DNA of 64,000 bases from the NCBI GenBank assembly GCA_963776245.1, contig CAVZLN010000006.1:800001-864000 (forward strand), read 5' to 3'. The notes below the pieces were generated by a model. That model did not search any database, was not told the origin of the DNA, and worked only from the letters and a program-made list of their open reading frames with translations. This DNA comes from Candidatus Eiseniibacteriota bacterium. GTDB taxonomy: Bacteria > Eisenbacteria > RBG-16-71-46. Positions 1 to 11,593 of this stretch are shown here, in pieces (within the stretch, counting starts at the first letter, position 1; the number at the start of each line of letters is the position of its first letter). The translations under genes were made by a program, and so were the position numbers.

Positions 1-771
1 CTGCGAGCGCGCGAAGCGCGTGAAGTCCGGGATGTTGAGCGACAGCGTGGCCCAGAAGCCGACCATCGCGGTGAGCGAGGGAAAGAAGACCGGCCAGAAG
101 GCGGCCGCGTCCGCGAACCGCGAGGGCCGCGCGAGGATCGGACCGAATCCCCCGGCTCGCGTGTAGGCCCACGCGAGCAGCGCGAGCCCGACCACGATCA
201 GGAACGGGGCCGAGACCGACTCGAGCCACTTGATGCTCTCGGTGCCGCGCAGGATGAACCACACGTTGATCGCCCAGAACACCAGGAACCCGAGCGCCTC
301 GCCGGTGCCGAGCCCGAGCCACGCCGGCAGCACGTTCGGCAGGTGCCCGACCGCGGGCCACAGCAGCCTGGTCAGAGTCCACAGCGCCGCGCCCCCGAAC
401 CACGTCTGGATGCCGAACCACCCGCAGGCCACCAGCGCGCGCAGCAGGGCGGGCACGTTGGCGCCGAGCACCCCGAAGCTGGCGCGCGCGAACACCGGGA
501 ACGGGATGCCGTAGCGCGTGCCCGCGTGCGCGTTGAGCAGCATGGGGAGCAGGACGATGCTGTTGCCGAGGAAGATGGTCCACATCGCCTGCGACCACGA
601 CATGCCCGAGTCGATGAGCCCGGAGGCCAGCGTGTAGGTCGGGATGCAGACCGACATGCCGATCCACAGCGCGCAGAAGTGCCACCAGTTCCAGGTGCGG
701 CGCGCGGCCGGGACCGGGGCGAGATCGGGGTTCGAGAGCTGCGAGGACGGCGCGTGAACGCGTTCGGCCAT
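1..771 (-). CDS. NCS1 family nucleobase:cation symporter (uracil/allantoin permease-like); 3' end runs off the window
   Basis: Hand translation from ATG at 771: MAERVHAPSSQLSNPDLAPVPAARRTWNWWHFCALWIGMSVCIPTYTLASGLI...NAHAGTRYGIPFPVFARASFG...CGWFGIQTW, typical NCS1 motifs. Not in the ORF track because it is truncated. Confidence 0.92.
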   Translation of the reverse strand, partial: MAERVHAPSSQLSNPDLAPVPAARRTWNWWHFCALWIGMSVCIPTYTLASGLIDSGMSWSQAMWTIFLGNSIVLLPMLLNAHAGTRYGIPFPVFARASFGVLGANVPALLRALVACGWFGIQTWFGGAALWTLTRLLWPAVGHLPNVLPAWLGLGTGEALGFLVFWAINVWFILRGTESIKWLESVSAPFLIVVGLALLAWAYTRAGGFGPILARPSRFADAAAFWPVFFPSLTAMVGFWATLSLNIPDFTRFARSQ

Positions 772-847
772 GCGGATCTCCTCGGGTGGCGCGCGGGTCA
801 GGGACCTCGCCGCCGGCCGGGCTCACGCCCCCCGGCGGCGCTGGGGA

Positions 848-2182
848 TCAGTCGTGGAGGCCGCCCGGGACGTTCGCGGTGCCGCGGGCGATGCGGTCGT
901 TCCAGGACTCGAACGGCTTGCCGCCGGTGACGTCCTTCATCGTGATGCAGCCGGCGACCGGGCACACGTGCGCGCACAGGTTGCACCCGGTGCACTCGGT
1001 CTCGTCCACCCACGTCACGTGGACGCCCTCGGCCTGCGCGCGCGCGATCGCGTCCCGGCGGGTGGCCGAGACGTGACCGGCCGCCAGCGGCAGCTCGCCG
1101 GTGTGGATGGCGTGCACCGAGCCGTCGCGGCAGGCCACGTAGCACAGGTCGCAGCCGATGCACTTCGCCGGGTCGACGTGGGCGATCACCTTGTAGCTGA
1201 GGTCGAGGTCGCTCCAGTCCACGCAGGCCGGCAGCGCGCGGCCGCGCAGTTCCGCCACCGACTTCATGCCGCGCTCGTCGAGGAAGCCGGACAGTCCGTC
1301 GATCATGTCCTCGACGATGCGGTAGCCGTAGTGCATGACCGCCGTGCACACCTGGACGCTGGTCGCGCCGAGGGCGATGAACTCGGCCGCGTCGCGCCAG
1401 GTGGCGATCCCGCCGATGCCCGAGACCGGCACGGTGATGCGCGGGTCGCGGCCGAGCATGGCCACCATGTGCAGGGCGATGGGCTTCACGGCGGGCCCGC
1501 AGTAGCCGCCGCTGGTGGAGCGCCCGCCGACCACCGGGTAGGGCACCATGCGGTCGAGGTCCACGCCGGTGAAGCTCTTGATGGTGTTGATGAGCGAGAG
1601 CCCGTGGGCGCCGACCTCGACCGCCGCGACCGCGGGCTCGAGGATGTCGCTGATGTTGGGCGTGAGCTTGATCAGCACCGGGAGCGAGGTGCACTCCAGC
1701 GCCCAGCCCGCGACCGTCTTCAGCACCTCGGGCTCCTGCCCCACCGCCGAGCCCATGCCGCGCTCGCACATGCCGTGGGGGCAGCCGAAGTTGAGCTCGA
1801 GCCCGTCGGCGCCGGTGTCCTCGACGCGCCGGATGATCTCGCGCCAGTCCTCCCGGGACTCCACCATGAGCGACACCAGCAGGGCGTTCCGGGGATAGCG
1901 GCGCTTGGTCTCGCGGATCTCCCGCAGGTTCACCTCCAGCGGGCGCTCGGTGATCAGCTCGATGTTGTTGAAGCCCACCATGCGCTGGTGACCGACGTCG
2001 AGCGCGCCGAACCGGCTCGAGGTGTCGACGATCGGATTCCCGAGCGTCTTCCACACCGCGCCGCCCCAGCCGTGATCGAACGCGCGCATGACCATCTCGC
2101 CCGTGTTGGTGGGCGGGGCGCTGGCGAGCCAGAAGGGGTTCGGGCTCGAGATGCCGGCGAACGAGATCGAGAGATCAGCCAT
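848..2182 (-). CDS. preA: NAD-dependent dihydropyrimidine dehydrogenase subunit PreA
   Basis: NPFWLASAPPT, GGAVWKT, FNNIELIT, ELNFGCPHGM, C-terminal 2x[4Fe-4S] (CIGCDLC, CTGCNLC..CP). Confidence 0.95.
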   Translation of the reverse strand: MADLSISFAGISSPNPFWLASAPPTNTGEMVMRAFDHGWGGAVWKTLGNPIVDTSSRFGALDVGHQRMVGFNNIELITERPLEVNLREIRETKRRYPRNALLVSLMVESREDWREIIRRVEDTGADGLELNFGCPHGMCERGMGSAVGQEPEVLKTVAGWALECTSLPVLIKLTPNISDILEPAVAAVEVGAHGLSLINTIKSFTGVDLDRMVPYPVVGGRSTSGGYCGPAVKPIALHMVAMLGRDPRITVPVSGIGGIATWRDAAEFIALGATSVQVCTAVMHYGYRIVEDMIDGLSGFLDERGMKSVAELRGRALPACVDWSDLDLSYKVIAHVDPAKCIGCDLCYVACRDGSVHAIHTGELPLAAGHVSATRRDAIARAQAEGVHVTWVDETECTGCNLCAHVCPVAGCITMKDVTGGKPFESWNDRIARGTANVPGGLHD

Positions 2183-2236
2183 GTCGGTCGTCAGTCTCCG
2201 TGCGGTGGAGTGTGCCGGGATCCGGTGGTGGGCGTC

Positions 2237-3583
2237 CTACTCGTGTCCGGCGCGCATCGGGGACTCGGGACCTACGGCCACCCCGAGCGCGGCGCAGATG
2301 GCGCGCGCGGCACGCTTGCCGTCCTGCGCCGCGGTCACCACCAGCTCCCCGCCGCGCACGGCGTCGCCGCCGGCGAACACGCGCGGGTTCTCGGTGCGGC
2401 CGGTGGCGGGATCTGCGGCGATGCGGCCCCGGGCGTCGATCGCCACGCCCAGGAAGCTGCGCGCCAGTTCGCCCTGTTTGGCCTGTCCGATCGCGACCAG
2501 CGCGAGCTCGCAGGGCTCCAGCGTGCCGTCCTCGAGGGTCACGCCGGTGAGCCGGCCCGCGGCGTCGCGCTCGAAGCGCGCCACCCGCGCGCGCTCCACC
2601 AGCGTGACCCCGTCCAGCCGGGCCTGCTCCAGCTCGTGCGCGTAGCCGCTCATCTCGGCGGCGGTGCGCCGGTAGAGCATCCGCACCGAGGGCACGCCCA
2701 GCTTCGCAAGCTCGCGCGCCGCGTCGAGGGCGGTGTTACCGCCGCCGATAACGACCGCACGGGCGATGTCCCGCGCCGCGAACCCGGGCTCGAGCTTGAG
2801 CCGCTCGATCCACGCCACCGCGCCGCTCACCCCCGGGCCGTCCTCGCCCGGGGCCCCGAGCGCCGAGTCGGCGCCGAGCCCGGCGCCCAGGAAGACCGCG
2901 TCGTGGTCGCGCAACAGGTCCTCGGCCGCCACGTCCCCGCCGATCTCGACCCCGCAGCGGATCTCGACGCCCAGCGAGCGCACGAACTCCACCTCGGCGA
3001 GCGCGGCGTCCACGTGCATCTTGTAGGGGGCCACGCCGGTGGTGTTGAGCCCGCCGGCGAGCTCGCGCTTCTCGAACACCGTGACCTGGGTGCCCTCGAG
3101 CGCCAGGTAGCCGGCGCAGGCGAGCGACGCGGGCCCGGCGCCGACGCACGCCACGCGCTTGCCATTGGCGGGCGCCCGCGACAGCAGGGCGGCGGCGCTG
3201 CCGTCCTCGAACGCGCTCTCGGTGGCGTAGCGCTGCAGCCGGCCGATCGCGATCGGGGGCGAGCGATGCCAGGTGTTGAAGACGCAGGCGCCCACGCACA
3301 GCACCTCGACCGGGCAGACGCGCGCGCACGAGTACCCGAGCAGGTTTGCCGACAGGATGGTGCGCGCCGAGCCCCGCACATTGCCGGTGCCGATCTTGCG
3401 GATGAAGCCCGGGATGTCGATGCCGGTCGGGCAGGCGGCGACGCAGGGTGCGTCGTGGCAGTACAGGCAGCGGTTCGCCTCGGCGAGCGCCTCACCGCGC
3501 GCGTACACCGGCTTGGCGTCGGCGAGCTGCCGCTCCAGGCGCCCCTCGGGCAGGGGCACGGATGGGGCCACGCGAGCCGTCAC
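2237..3583 (-). CDS. preT: Dihydropyrimidine dehydrogenase subunit PreT (GltD-like FAD/Fe-S)
   Basis: GTG start overlapping the upstream stop (GTGA 3580-3583); RCLYCHDAPCVAACP, CARVCP, GAGPAS, GGGNTA, AGGD motifs; adjacent to preA. Confidence 0.92.
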   Translation of the reverse strand: MTARVAPSVPLPEGRLERQLADAKPVYARGEALAEANRCLYCHDAPCVAACPTGIDIPGFIRKIGTGNVRGSARTILSANLLGYSCARVCPVEVLCVGACVFNTWHRSPPIAIGRLQRYATESAFEDGSAAALLSRAPANGKRVACVGAGPASLACAGYLALEGTQVTVFEKRELAGGLNTTGVAPYKMHVDAALAEVEFVRSLGVEIRCGVEIGGDVAAEDLLRDHDAVFLGAGLGADSALGAPGEDGPGVSGAVAWIERLKLEPGFAARDIARAVVIGGGNTALDAARELAKLGVPSVRMLYRRTAAEMSGYAHELEQARLDGVTLVERARVARFERDAAGRLTGVTLEDGTLEPCELALVAIGQAKQGELARSFLGVAIDARGRIAADPATGRTENPRVFAGGDAVRGGELVVTAAQDGKRAARAICAALGVAVGPESPMRAGHE

Positions 3584-4905
3584 GCGTCGATGGCGTCGAA
3601 CGACGCGGTGAAGGCCTCGAGCGCCTCGTCCACCTCGGCGGCGCTCACCGTGAGCGGCGGCGAGACGCGCAGGCAGTTGCCGTGCAGTCCGCCCTTGCCG
3701 ATCAGCAGCCCGCGCTTCCGGGTCTCCTCGAACAGCGCGTTCACCGCCTGCGGGTTGGGCGTGCGGTCGCCGGCGGTCTCGTCCTTGACCAGCTCCACGC
3801 CCTGCATCAGCCCCATGCCGCGCACGTCGCCCACGATCCGGCGGTGCTTGCGCTGGATGCGCTCGAGCCCCTCGCGCAGCCGGGCGCCCTGCACCGCCGC
3901 GTTGCGCCGCAGGTCGTGCTTCTCGATCACGTCGATGGTGGCGAGCCCCGCGGTGGCGCTGATGGGATTGCCGCCGAAGGTGGAGATCTGCGCCTTGGTG
4001 AACGAATCGGCGATCGCGGTGGTCGCCAGCGTGGCCGAGAGCGGCATGCCGTTGGCGATCCCCTTGGCCATGGTCATCATGTCGGGCTCGACTCCGAAGT
4101 GCTCGCACCCCCACCACTTCTCGCCGGTGCGTCCGAAGCCGGTCTGGACCTCGTCGCAGATGAACACGCCTCCATAGCGGCGCACGATCTCGACGGCGAT
4201 CGGGAAGTACTCCTTCGGCGGCGTCACGAACCCGCCCACGCCCTGGATCGGCTCGGCGAGGAACGCCGCGGGCTGGCCGGTGGTGGTGGTCCGGATCAGC
4301 TCCTCGAGGTCGCGCGCGCACTGCACGCCGCAGGTGGGATAGGTGAGCTTGAGCGGGCAGCGGTAGCAGTAGGGCGCGAGCGCGTGCTTGACGGCGGCGA
4401 TCTGGGTGGGCACCGCGCGCCACGGGGCGTGGCCGGTGAGCGACTGCGCCAGCATCGAGCGCCCCGAGTAGCCGTGCCGGAGCGCGATGATCTCGCTGCG
4501 CCCGGTGTACACCTGCGCCATCATCACCGCGGTCTCGTCGGCCTCGGTGCCGCTGGCGGTGAAGTACGCCTTCTTGAGCTGCCCCGGCGCGATCGAGACC
4601 AGCTTCTCGGCCAGCTCCACGATCGGGAGCGTGGGATAGAGCGTCGAGACGTGCCCGAGCCGGTCGATCTGGGCCTTGACCGCGGTATTCACCTCGTCGT
4701 TGCAGTGCCCCACCGACACCGTGAGGATGCCGCCGAAGAAGTCGAGGTACTCGCGCCCGTCGAGGTCGCGCACCCGCAGGCCCTTGCCCTCGGAGAGGGC
4801 GACCGGCTCGGCGTAGTAGTGCGTGACGGACGGGAACAGCACCTGCTTGTGACGGGCGCGGACCTCCGCGGAGGTCGGCGTGCCTGGAGTGGTCTTCGGG
4901 TTCAC
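3580..4905 (-). CDS. Class III PLP aminotransferase (probable beta-alanine/beta-aminoisobutyrate aminotransferase, AGXT2-like)
   Basis: C-terminal part of ORF 3580..6312; GTG start overlapping the hydA stop; YLDFFGGI, EPIQGVGG, DEVQTGFGRTG, TMAKGIANG, STFGGNP. Confidence 0.9.
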   Translation of the reverse strand: MNPKTTPGTPTSAEVRARHKQVLFPSVTHYYAEPVALSEGKGLRVRDLDGREYLDFFGGILTVSVGHCNDEVNTAVKAQIDRLGHVSTLYPTLPIVELAEKLVSIAPGQLKKAYFTASGTEADETAVMMAQVYTGRSEIIALRHGYSGRSMLAQSLTGHAPWRAVPTQIAAVKHALAPYCYRCPLKLTYPTCGVQCARDLEELIRTTTTGQPAAFLAEPIQGVGGFVTPPKEYFPIAVEIVRRYGGVFICDEVQTGFGRTGEKWWGCEHFGVEPDMMTMAKGIANGMPLSATLATTAIADSFTKAQISTFGGNPISATAGLATIDVIEKHDLRRNAAVQGARLREGLERIQRKHRRIVGDVRGMGLMQGVELVKDETAGDRTPNPQAVNALFEETRKRGLLIGKGGLHGNCLRVSPPLTVSAAEVDEALEAFTASFDAIDA

Positions 4906-6312
4906 GGCTTCACCTCCGGGTGGCGGGCGAAATGGGTGGGCTTGCGCGCGATGAAGCGTCCGGCGCCCTTCTGGGTGAGCAGGCGGGAGCCGTCGAAGGC
5001 GACCTTTCCGCCGACCAGCGTGGTGGCGATGCGGCCCTTCACCTCGAAGCCCTCGAAGATGCTGCGATCGGCGCGCGAGTGGTGGGTCTTCGCGCTGAGG
5101 ACGTGGGTGCCGGCCGGGTCGAACACCACCAGGTCGGCGTCGAGGCCGACCGCGACCGAGCCCTTGTGAGTGAGACCGAAGATGCGCGCCGGGGCGGTGC
5201 TGCCCAGCTCCACCATGCGGTGCACGTCGAAGTGCCCGCCGAGCACCCCGTGGGTGTAGAGCAACAGCAGCCGGTCCTCGATCCCCGCCGCTCCGTTCGG
5301 GATCTTCGTGAAGTCCGCGAGCCCCATCCGCTTCTGCTCGTGCGTGAACGGGCAGTGGTCGGTGCCGGTCGAGTCGAGCAGCCGGTTGGAGAGCCCGTGC
5401 CAGAGCGCCTCGTGGTGCCCGACGTGCGGGGGCCGGATCGGCGGGCTCATCACGTAGGTCGAGCCCCCGAAGTCGGGGCGGTGGAACACCGTGTCGTCGA
5501 GCAGCAGGTACTGCGGGCAGGTCTCGCCGTAACAGCGCTGGCCCGCCAGCTTGGCCCGTTCGAGCGCGTGCACCGCCTCCTTGCACGTCATGTGCACGAT
5601 GTACGCGGTGGCGCCGTGGAGCCGCGCCATCATCAGCGCCCGCTCGGTGGCCTCGCCCTCGACCGCGCTCGGGCGCGACACCGGATGGAACTCGGGCCCG
5701 GTGCACCCCTTCGCCAGCAGCTCCCGCTGGAGGTGGGCGACCGCGTCGCCGTTCTCGGCGTGGACCGTGACCACCGCGCCGAGCCGGGCCGCGTGCTGCA
5801 TGACCGAGTAGAGCGCCGCGTCGTCCACCATGATGGCGCCCTTGTAGGCCATGAACACCTTGAAGCTGGTGATGCCGTGCCGCTCGACCACCTCGCGCAT
5901 CTCGGCCGGGGTCCGCTCGTTCCACGACGTGATCGCCATGTGGAAGGTGTAGTCGGTGACCGCCTTGGCGGCGCGGCCCTTCCAGGTCTCGAGCGCGGCG
6001 ATCAGCGATTCGCCCGGGCCCGGGATGCAGAAGTCGATGATGCAGGTGTTGCCGCCCGCGACGCCCGAAGCGGTGCCGGTCTCGAAGTCGTCGGCCGACA
6101 CGGTGCCCATGAACGGCAGCTCCATGTGCACGTGCGGATCGATGAACCCCGGCAGGATCAGCTTGCCCGTGGCGTCGATGGTCTCGTCGCCGGCGGCGCG
6201 CCGGTCGAGGCGCGGTCCCGATGGCCACGATCTTCCCGCCCTCGCAGTAGAGGTCGGCCGCAAAGCGGTCCGACGCCGTCACCACCTCGCCGTTCTTGAT
6301 CAGGAGACCCAC
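4902..6312 (-). CDS. hydA: Dihydropyrimidinase, split by an apparent 1-nt frameshift near 6210
   Basis: N-terminus MGLLIKNGEVVTASDRFAADLYCEGGKIVAIG is in one frame (start 6312). The rest (DATGKLILPGFIDPHVH, SFKVFMAYK, VHAENG, GETCPQYL, TDHCPF) is in the frame of ORF 4902..6263. Confidence 0.9.
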
Positions 6313-6377
6313 GTCATGCCCCTTCCTCGGCGGGCGCCCCGCCCGCTCTCGACCGCTCCACCGTCACCGCCGCGCTC

Positions 6378-7244
6378 CTACAGGTCCACCAGGGAACCGT
6401 AGGTCTCGGGCCGACGATCACGGAAAAACTGCCACACCTTGCGCACCTCGTCGATGCGCTCCAGGTCCATCTCGGCCACCACCACGGCGTCCTCGTTCTC
6501 GCCCGCCTGCACCAGGAAGTCGCCGCGCGGGTCCACGAAGTACGAGGAGCCGTAGAACTTGCCGACGTTCCAGGGGGCCTCGGTGCCGACCCGATTGATG
6601 GCGCCGACGAAGTAGCCATTCGCCACGGCGTGCGCCGGCTGCTCGAGCTTCCAGAGGTACTGCGACAGGCCGGCCACCGTGGCGCTCGGGTTGAACACGA
6701 TCTCGGCGCCGTTCAGGCCGAGCGCCCGCGCGCCCTCCGGGAAGTGGCGGTCGTAGCAGATGTACACCCCGATCTTGGCGTAGCGCGTCTCGAACACCGG
6801 GTAGCCGAGGTTCCCGGGCTTGAAGAAGAACTTCTCCCAGAACCCCGAGGTGTGCGGGATGTGGTTCTTGCGGTACTTGCCCAGGTAGCCGCCGTCGGCG
6901 TCGTACACCGCCGCCGTGTTGTAGAGCACGCCGGGCATGTCCTTCTCGTACACCGGCACCACCACCGCCATCTTGTACTTCGAGGCGATCTTCGCCACCG
7001 CGTCGGTGGTCGGGCCGGGCACCGACTCGGCCGCGTCGTACCAGCGGGCGTTCTGTCCCGGGCAGAAGTAGGGCCCGTTGAAGATCTCCTGCAGGCAGAG
7101 CACCTGCACGCCCTTGCCGCCGGCCTCCTCGATGAGCGGGACATGCTTGTCGAACATCGCCTGCTTCACCTTCGCGATGGGCGTGGTCTCGTCGTTGATC
7201 GGGTTGCTGCACTGGATGAGACCGCCGGTCAGCATGCGAGACAT
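6378..7244 (-). CDS. Nitrilase-family beta-ureidopropionase (N-carbamoyl-beta-alanine amidohydrolase)
   Basis: LQEIFNGPYFCP, YRKNHIP, ICYDRHFPE (Glu-Lys-Cys triad), FFRDRRPETY; ATG at 7244; operon context. Confidence 0.9.
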   Translation of the reverse strand: MSRMLTGGLIQCSNPINDETTPIAKVKQAMFDKHVPLIEEAGGKGVQVLCLQEIFNGPYFCPGQNARWYDAAESVPGPTTDAVAKIASKYKMAVVVPVYEKDMPGVLYNTAAVYDADGGYLGKYRKNHIPHTSGFWEKFFFKPGNLGYPVFETRYAKIGVYICYDRHFPEGARALGLNGAEIVFNPSATVAGLSQYLWKLEQPAHAVANGYFVGAINRVGTEAPWNVGKFYGSSYFVDPRGDFLVQAGENEDAVVVAEMDLERIDEVRKVWQFFRDRRPETYGSLVDL

Positions 7245-7395
7245 GGAAGGCTCCTGAAGGGGTTCGCGTCGCATGGGGGCGCCGGGGCGGCTGGTTCGCG
7301 CGTCCGAGCGGCCCGCGGGTCACCCGCGGCCGGATGCGCCGGGTGGCCCGCCCGCGGCGGGCGAGCCACGAACGCGGCGGAGGTCACGGCCCGGT

Positions 7396-8904
<1,509 letters not shown>

Positions 8905-9155
8905 GGTGGGAGTCCCCGGGATGAAGGATCAGCCGGCCAAGTCGGGGCTCTCGGGACCCGCGTCTCCCAGCGTCGTGGTTCGAGCGCAACGCGCGCCACG
9001 GAAGCGCGCGATGTCTGGAATCGGAGCGGGCGCAAGGATACACCCGGGCGGCGCCGGAGCGAGCGGGAAAAAGCGCGCCCGGGGCGGCGCCCGTGCGCCG
9101 CCCCGGGCGGCCGGATCGGCCCGCGCGCCTCGCCGGATCCGGGCGGGCCGCGCCT

Positions 9156-11069
9156 CTACCTCAGCATCACGATCTTCCGCGCGCGCGCGCCTGCCGGGCT
9201 CTCGAGGCGCACGATGTACACCGCCGGCGCCACCGCGCGCCCGGCCTGGTCGCGTCCGTCCCACGTGATCTGTCCCGGGCCCGCGGGTCGCACCCCGTCG
9301 AGCAGCGTGCGCACCGGGCGCCCGTCCACCCCGAGCACGGCGAGCCTCACCGGGCCCGCGGCGGGAAGCCGGTAGCGCAGCAGCGGCGTGCCGCGCGCCG
9401 GATTGGGCATCGGCGCGAGCAGCGCCAGCGTCCCGTCGGGGCGGACGTCGTCCACGCCCGCCGACGTGATGGTGATGCTGTCGGCGCCATACACCGCGCT
9501 CCAGCGGCCGACCGTGGTGTGGGCGCGCGACTCGATGAGATGCCCGCCCACCGCGAGCGCCGGGGAGGGCGTCCACGAGAAGCCCTCCACGTAGCCATCG
9601 AAGCTGCCGTCGCTCGCGGTCGCGGGGCCCCAGCTCCCGCCATCCACGCGGCACTCCACGGCGTCGATGCGCGCGATGGTCTGGTCGTGCGGCGGGTAGT
9701 AGTTCGAGAGCGGATTCAGGTTGGCGAGCAGCGCGACCTGGGCCTGCCCGGTCCACGTCGGCGCCGGATCGGGGGTGGGATCGGGCGCGACCGGCGTGAG
9801 AGCCGTGGTGGGCGGCACGTCCAGCGGCTCGATGATGCCGTTCGCGTCCAGGTCGCGCCAGCCGAGCTGTCCGCGCGTCGCGGTGCACACCCAGACGGAG
9901 TCGTTCATGTTCATGATGCACGAGCCACCGTCGGCATCGGGCAGGTTCAGGTAGCCCCCGTACTGGAGGGTGGCGTTGTACTCGTCGGTGTCCATGAAGA
10001 TGTGGCCGGTCTCGTGCATGGGCACGACCCCGGCGTAGCTCGTCGCGTTGTACGCCCAGGACGAGTAGCGCGACATGTAGATCCAGGGCCCGCCGTAATA
10101 GGCCCACGCGTAGCCGCCAGTCGAGAACAGCCCCTGGTTCACCAGCGGATTGCTGTCCACGATGAAGATGGAGTAGCACCAGTTGGTGCCGAATGACGTG
10201 CGAATCGAATTGTTGTAGGCGAAGCACTTCTCGAAGGCGTTGGCGCCGGTCCAGCCGGCGTTCCCCAGCACCTCATCGATCCACACCTGATCCATGGACT
10301 GGGGATTCAGGATGGGCGTGCCGCTCACCATCGCGCCCGAATGCTGCTGCACGAAGAAGGTCAGGAACGCCTTCGCGCCGCCCTTCCTCACCCAATTGTC
10401 GAGCGAGGCCTGGACACCCCCGTAGGTCTGGGTCTGCTCGGTCGCGCTCCAGTTGTACGTGGTCCCGGGGTCCTCCAGCAGCCACACCCCCACCGCCACC
10501 GAGCCGGCCATGAACTCGCTGGTGTCGTAGTACTGGGCGCCGCGGGGCAGGCTGGTGTAGGCATCCTGCGGCGCCAGCGGGGCGAAGCTCGCGAGCGGCA
10601 CCGGGCGCGGTCCGGCGTCGGCGAAGCCGGCGCGGTCGATCGCGTCGCCGGCGGGATGGCCGGCGGCCGCGCCGAGGTCCCCGAGCGTGCGCGCGAAGTT
10701 CCACGCGCCCGCGGCCTCGGCGGCCGGCGGCTCGAGCGCCGCGAGAGCGCCCTCGTCGATGCTCGACCGAAAGCTCCGGAGGATCGAGCCGGAGCACGCG
10801 GGCCGCGCCAGTACCGCGTCGTCGGCGTACACCACCGCGGCGCCGCTCTCGTACACCACCGAGGCGTGCCCGCCCGCCGCCTCGAGCTGGTCGGCGAAGA
10901 TGCGCGCCGCCGCCGGGCCGGAAGCGTTGAGCACCACGAACGTGCGCGGCATGTCCACCCAGCTCCGGGCCGGCGCGGCGGACGCGTGCGGTGCCAGCCC
11001 GAGCGAAAGCGCGGCCGCCAGCGTCAGCAGGCCGGCCGGGAGCAGCGAAGAGTCGCAGGGATGCTTCAT
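9156..11069 (-). CDS. Secreted zinc metallopeptidase with C-terminal FlgD-Ig-like domain
   Basis: Signal peptide after MKHP; HETGHIFMDTDEY zinc motif followed by a CIM Met-turn; C-terminal PNP...YRLP...GRPVRTL...WDGRDQAGR...YIVRLE. Confidence 0.75.
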   Translation of the reverse strand: MKHPCDSSLLPAGLLTLAAALSLGLAPHASAAPARSWVDMPRTFVVLNASGPAAARIFADQLEAAGGHASVVYESGAAVVYADDAVLARPACSGSILRSFRSSIDEGALAALEPPAAEAAGAWNFARTLGDLGAAAGHPAGDAIDRAGFADAGPRPVPLASFAPLAPQDAYTSLPRGAQYYDTSEFMAGSVAVGVWLLEDPGTTYNWSATEQTQTYGGVQASLDNWVRKGGAKAFLTFFVQQHSGAMVSGTPILNPQSMDQVWIDEVLGNAGWTGANAFEKCFAYNNSIRTSFGTNWCYSIFIVDSNPLVNQGLFSTGGYAWAYYGGPWIYMSRYSSWAYNATSYAGVVPMHETGHIFMDTDEYNATLQYGGYLNLPDADGGSCIMNMNDSVWVCTATRGQLGWRDLDANGIIEPLDVPPTTALTPVAPDPTPDPAPTWTGQAQVALLANLNPLSNYYPPHDQTIARIDAVECRVDGGSWGPATASDGSFDGYVEGFSWTPSPALAVGGHLIESRAHTTVGRWSAVYGADSITITSAGVDDVRPDGTLALLAPMPNPARGTPLLRYRLPAAGPVRLAVLGVDGRPVRTLLDGVRPAGPGQITWDGRDQAGRAVAPAVYIVRLESPAGARARKIVMLR

Positions 11070-11518
11070 CGGGTCTGACCTCGCGGTCCGGGGTGCGCTG
11101 CTTCGGAAGCGGGTGCGGGCCATTCGCCCGTCTCCGCGAACGCGATCACGTGGCCGTCCGGGTCGAGCGCGTAGGCGACGCGCGCGCCCCAGTCGCGCGG
11201 CGCGAGCGGGCTCAGCTCGCGCGCGCCGGCGGCGAGCGCCGCCGCATGGCTCCCGGCGGCGTCGCGCACCACCAGGTAGAGCTCGGCACGCGGCGCGCCC
11301 CCGGCGCCGGCGGGATCGGGGAGCGCGGCGCCGAGCAGGCGGCGGATGCCGGCCTCGGGCATGAGCCCGAGCACGGCGCCGCCCGGGAGCGCGAACTCGG
11401 TCATGCCCGGGACATCGAGGCGCGGGACCATGCCGAGCGTGCGGGCGTAGAAGCTCGTGCTCCGCCGCTGATCGGACACGTACAGGATGAGGTGAACGGC
11501 CGTCATGAGGTTGTTCAT
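11066..11518 (-). CDS. VOC/glyoxalase family protein
   Basis: ILYVSDQRRSTSFY...GMTEF...RDWGARVAYALDPDGHVIAF; stop overlaps the peptidase ATG. Confidence 0.85.
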   Translation of the reverse strand: MNNLMTAVHLILYVSDQRRSTSFYARTLGMVPRLDVPGMTEFALPGGAVLGLMPEAGIRRLLGAALPDPAGAGGAPRAELYLVVRDAAGSHAAALAAGARELSPLAPRDWGARVAYALDPDGHVIAFAETGEWPAPASEAAHPGPRGQTR

Positions 11519-11593
11519 TCCCGGGCCTCCGGGACCGGCGCGCGCGCCGGCGGGTTGCCGGTGCTCGCGCACCTGCGCGATACTCGCAGGCCT

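Noticed and set aside
3580..6312. Apparent 910-aa dihydropyrimidinase-aminotransferase fusion
   Set aside because: An artefact of the hydA frameshift. The aminotransferase has its own GTG start and RBS at 4905.
7245..7395. GC-rich hairpins in intergenic gaps (also 46703-46732, 53272-53333, 58889-58987)
   Set aside because: They share no sequence motif with each other or with the 22.3-kb element. Such hairpins are expected at this GC content or as ordinary mRNA stabilisers and terminators.
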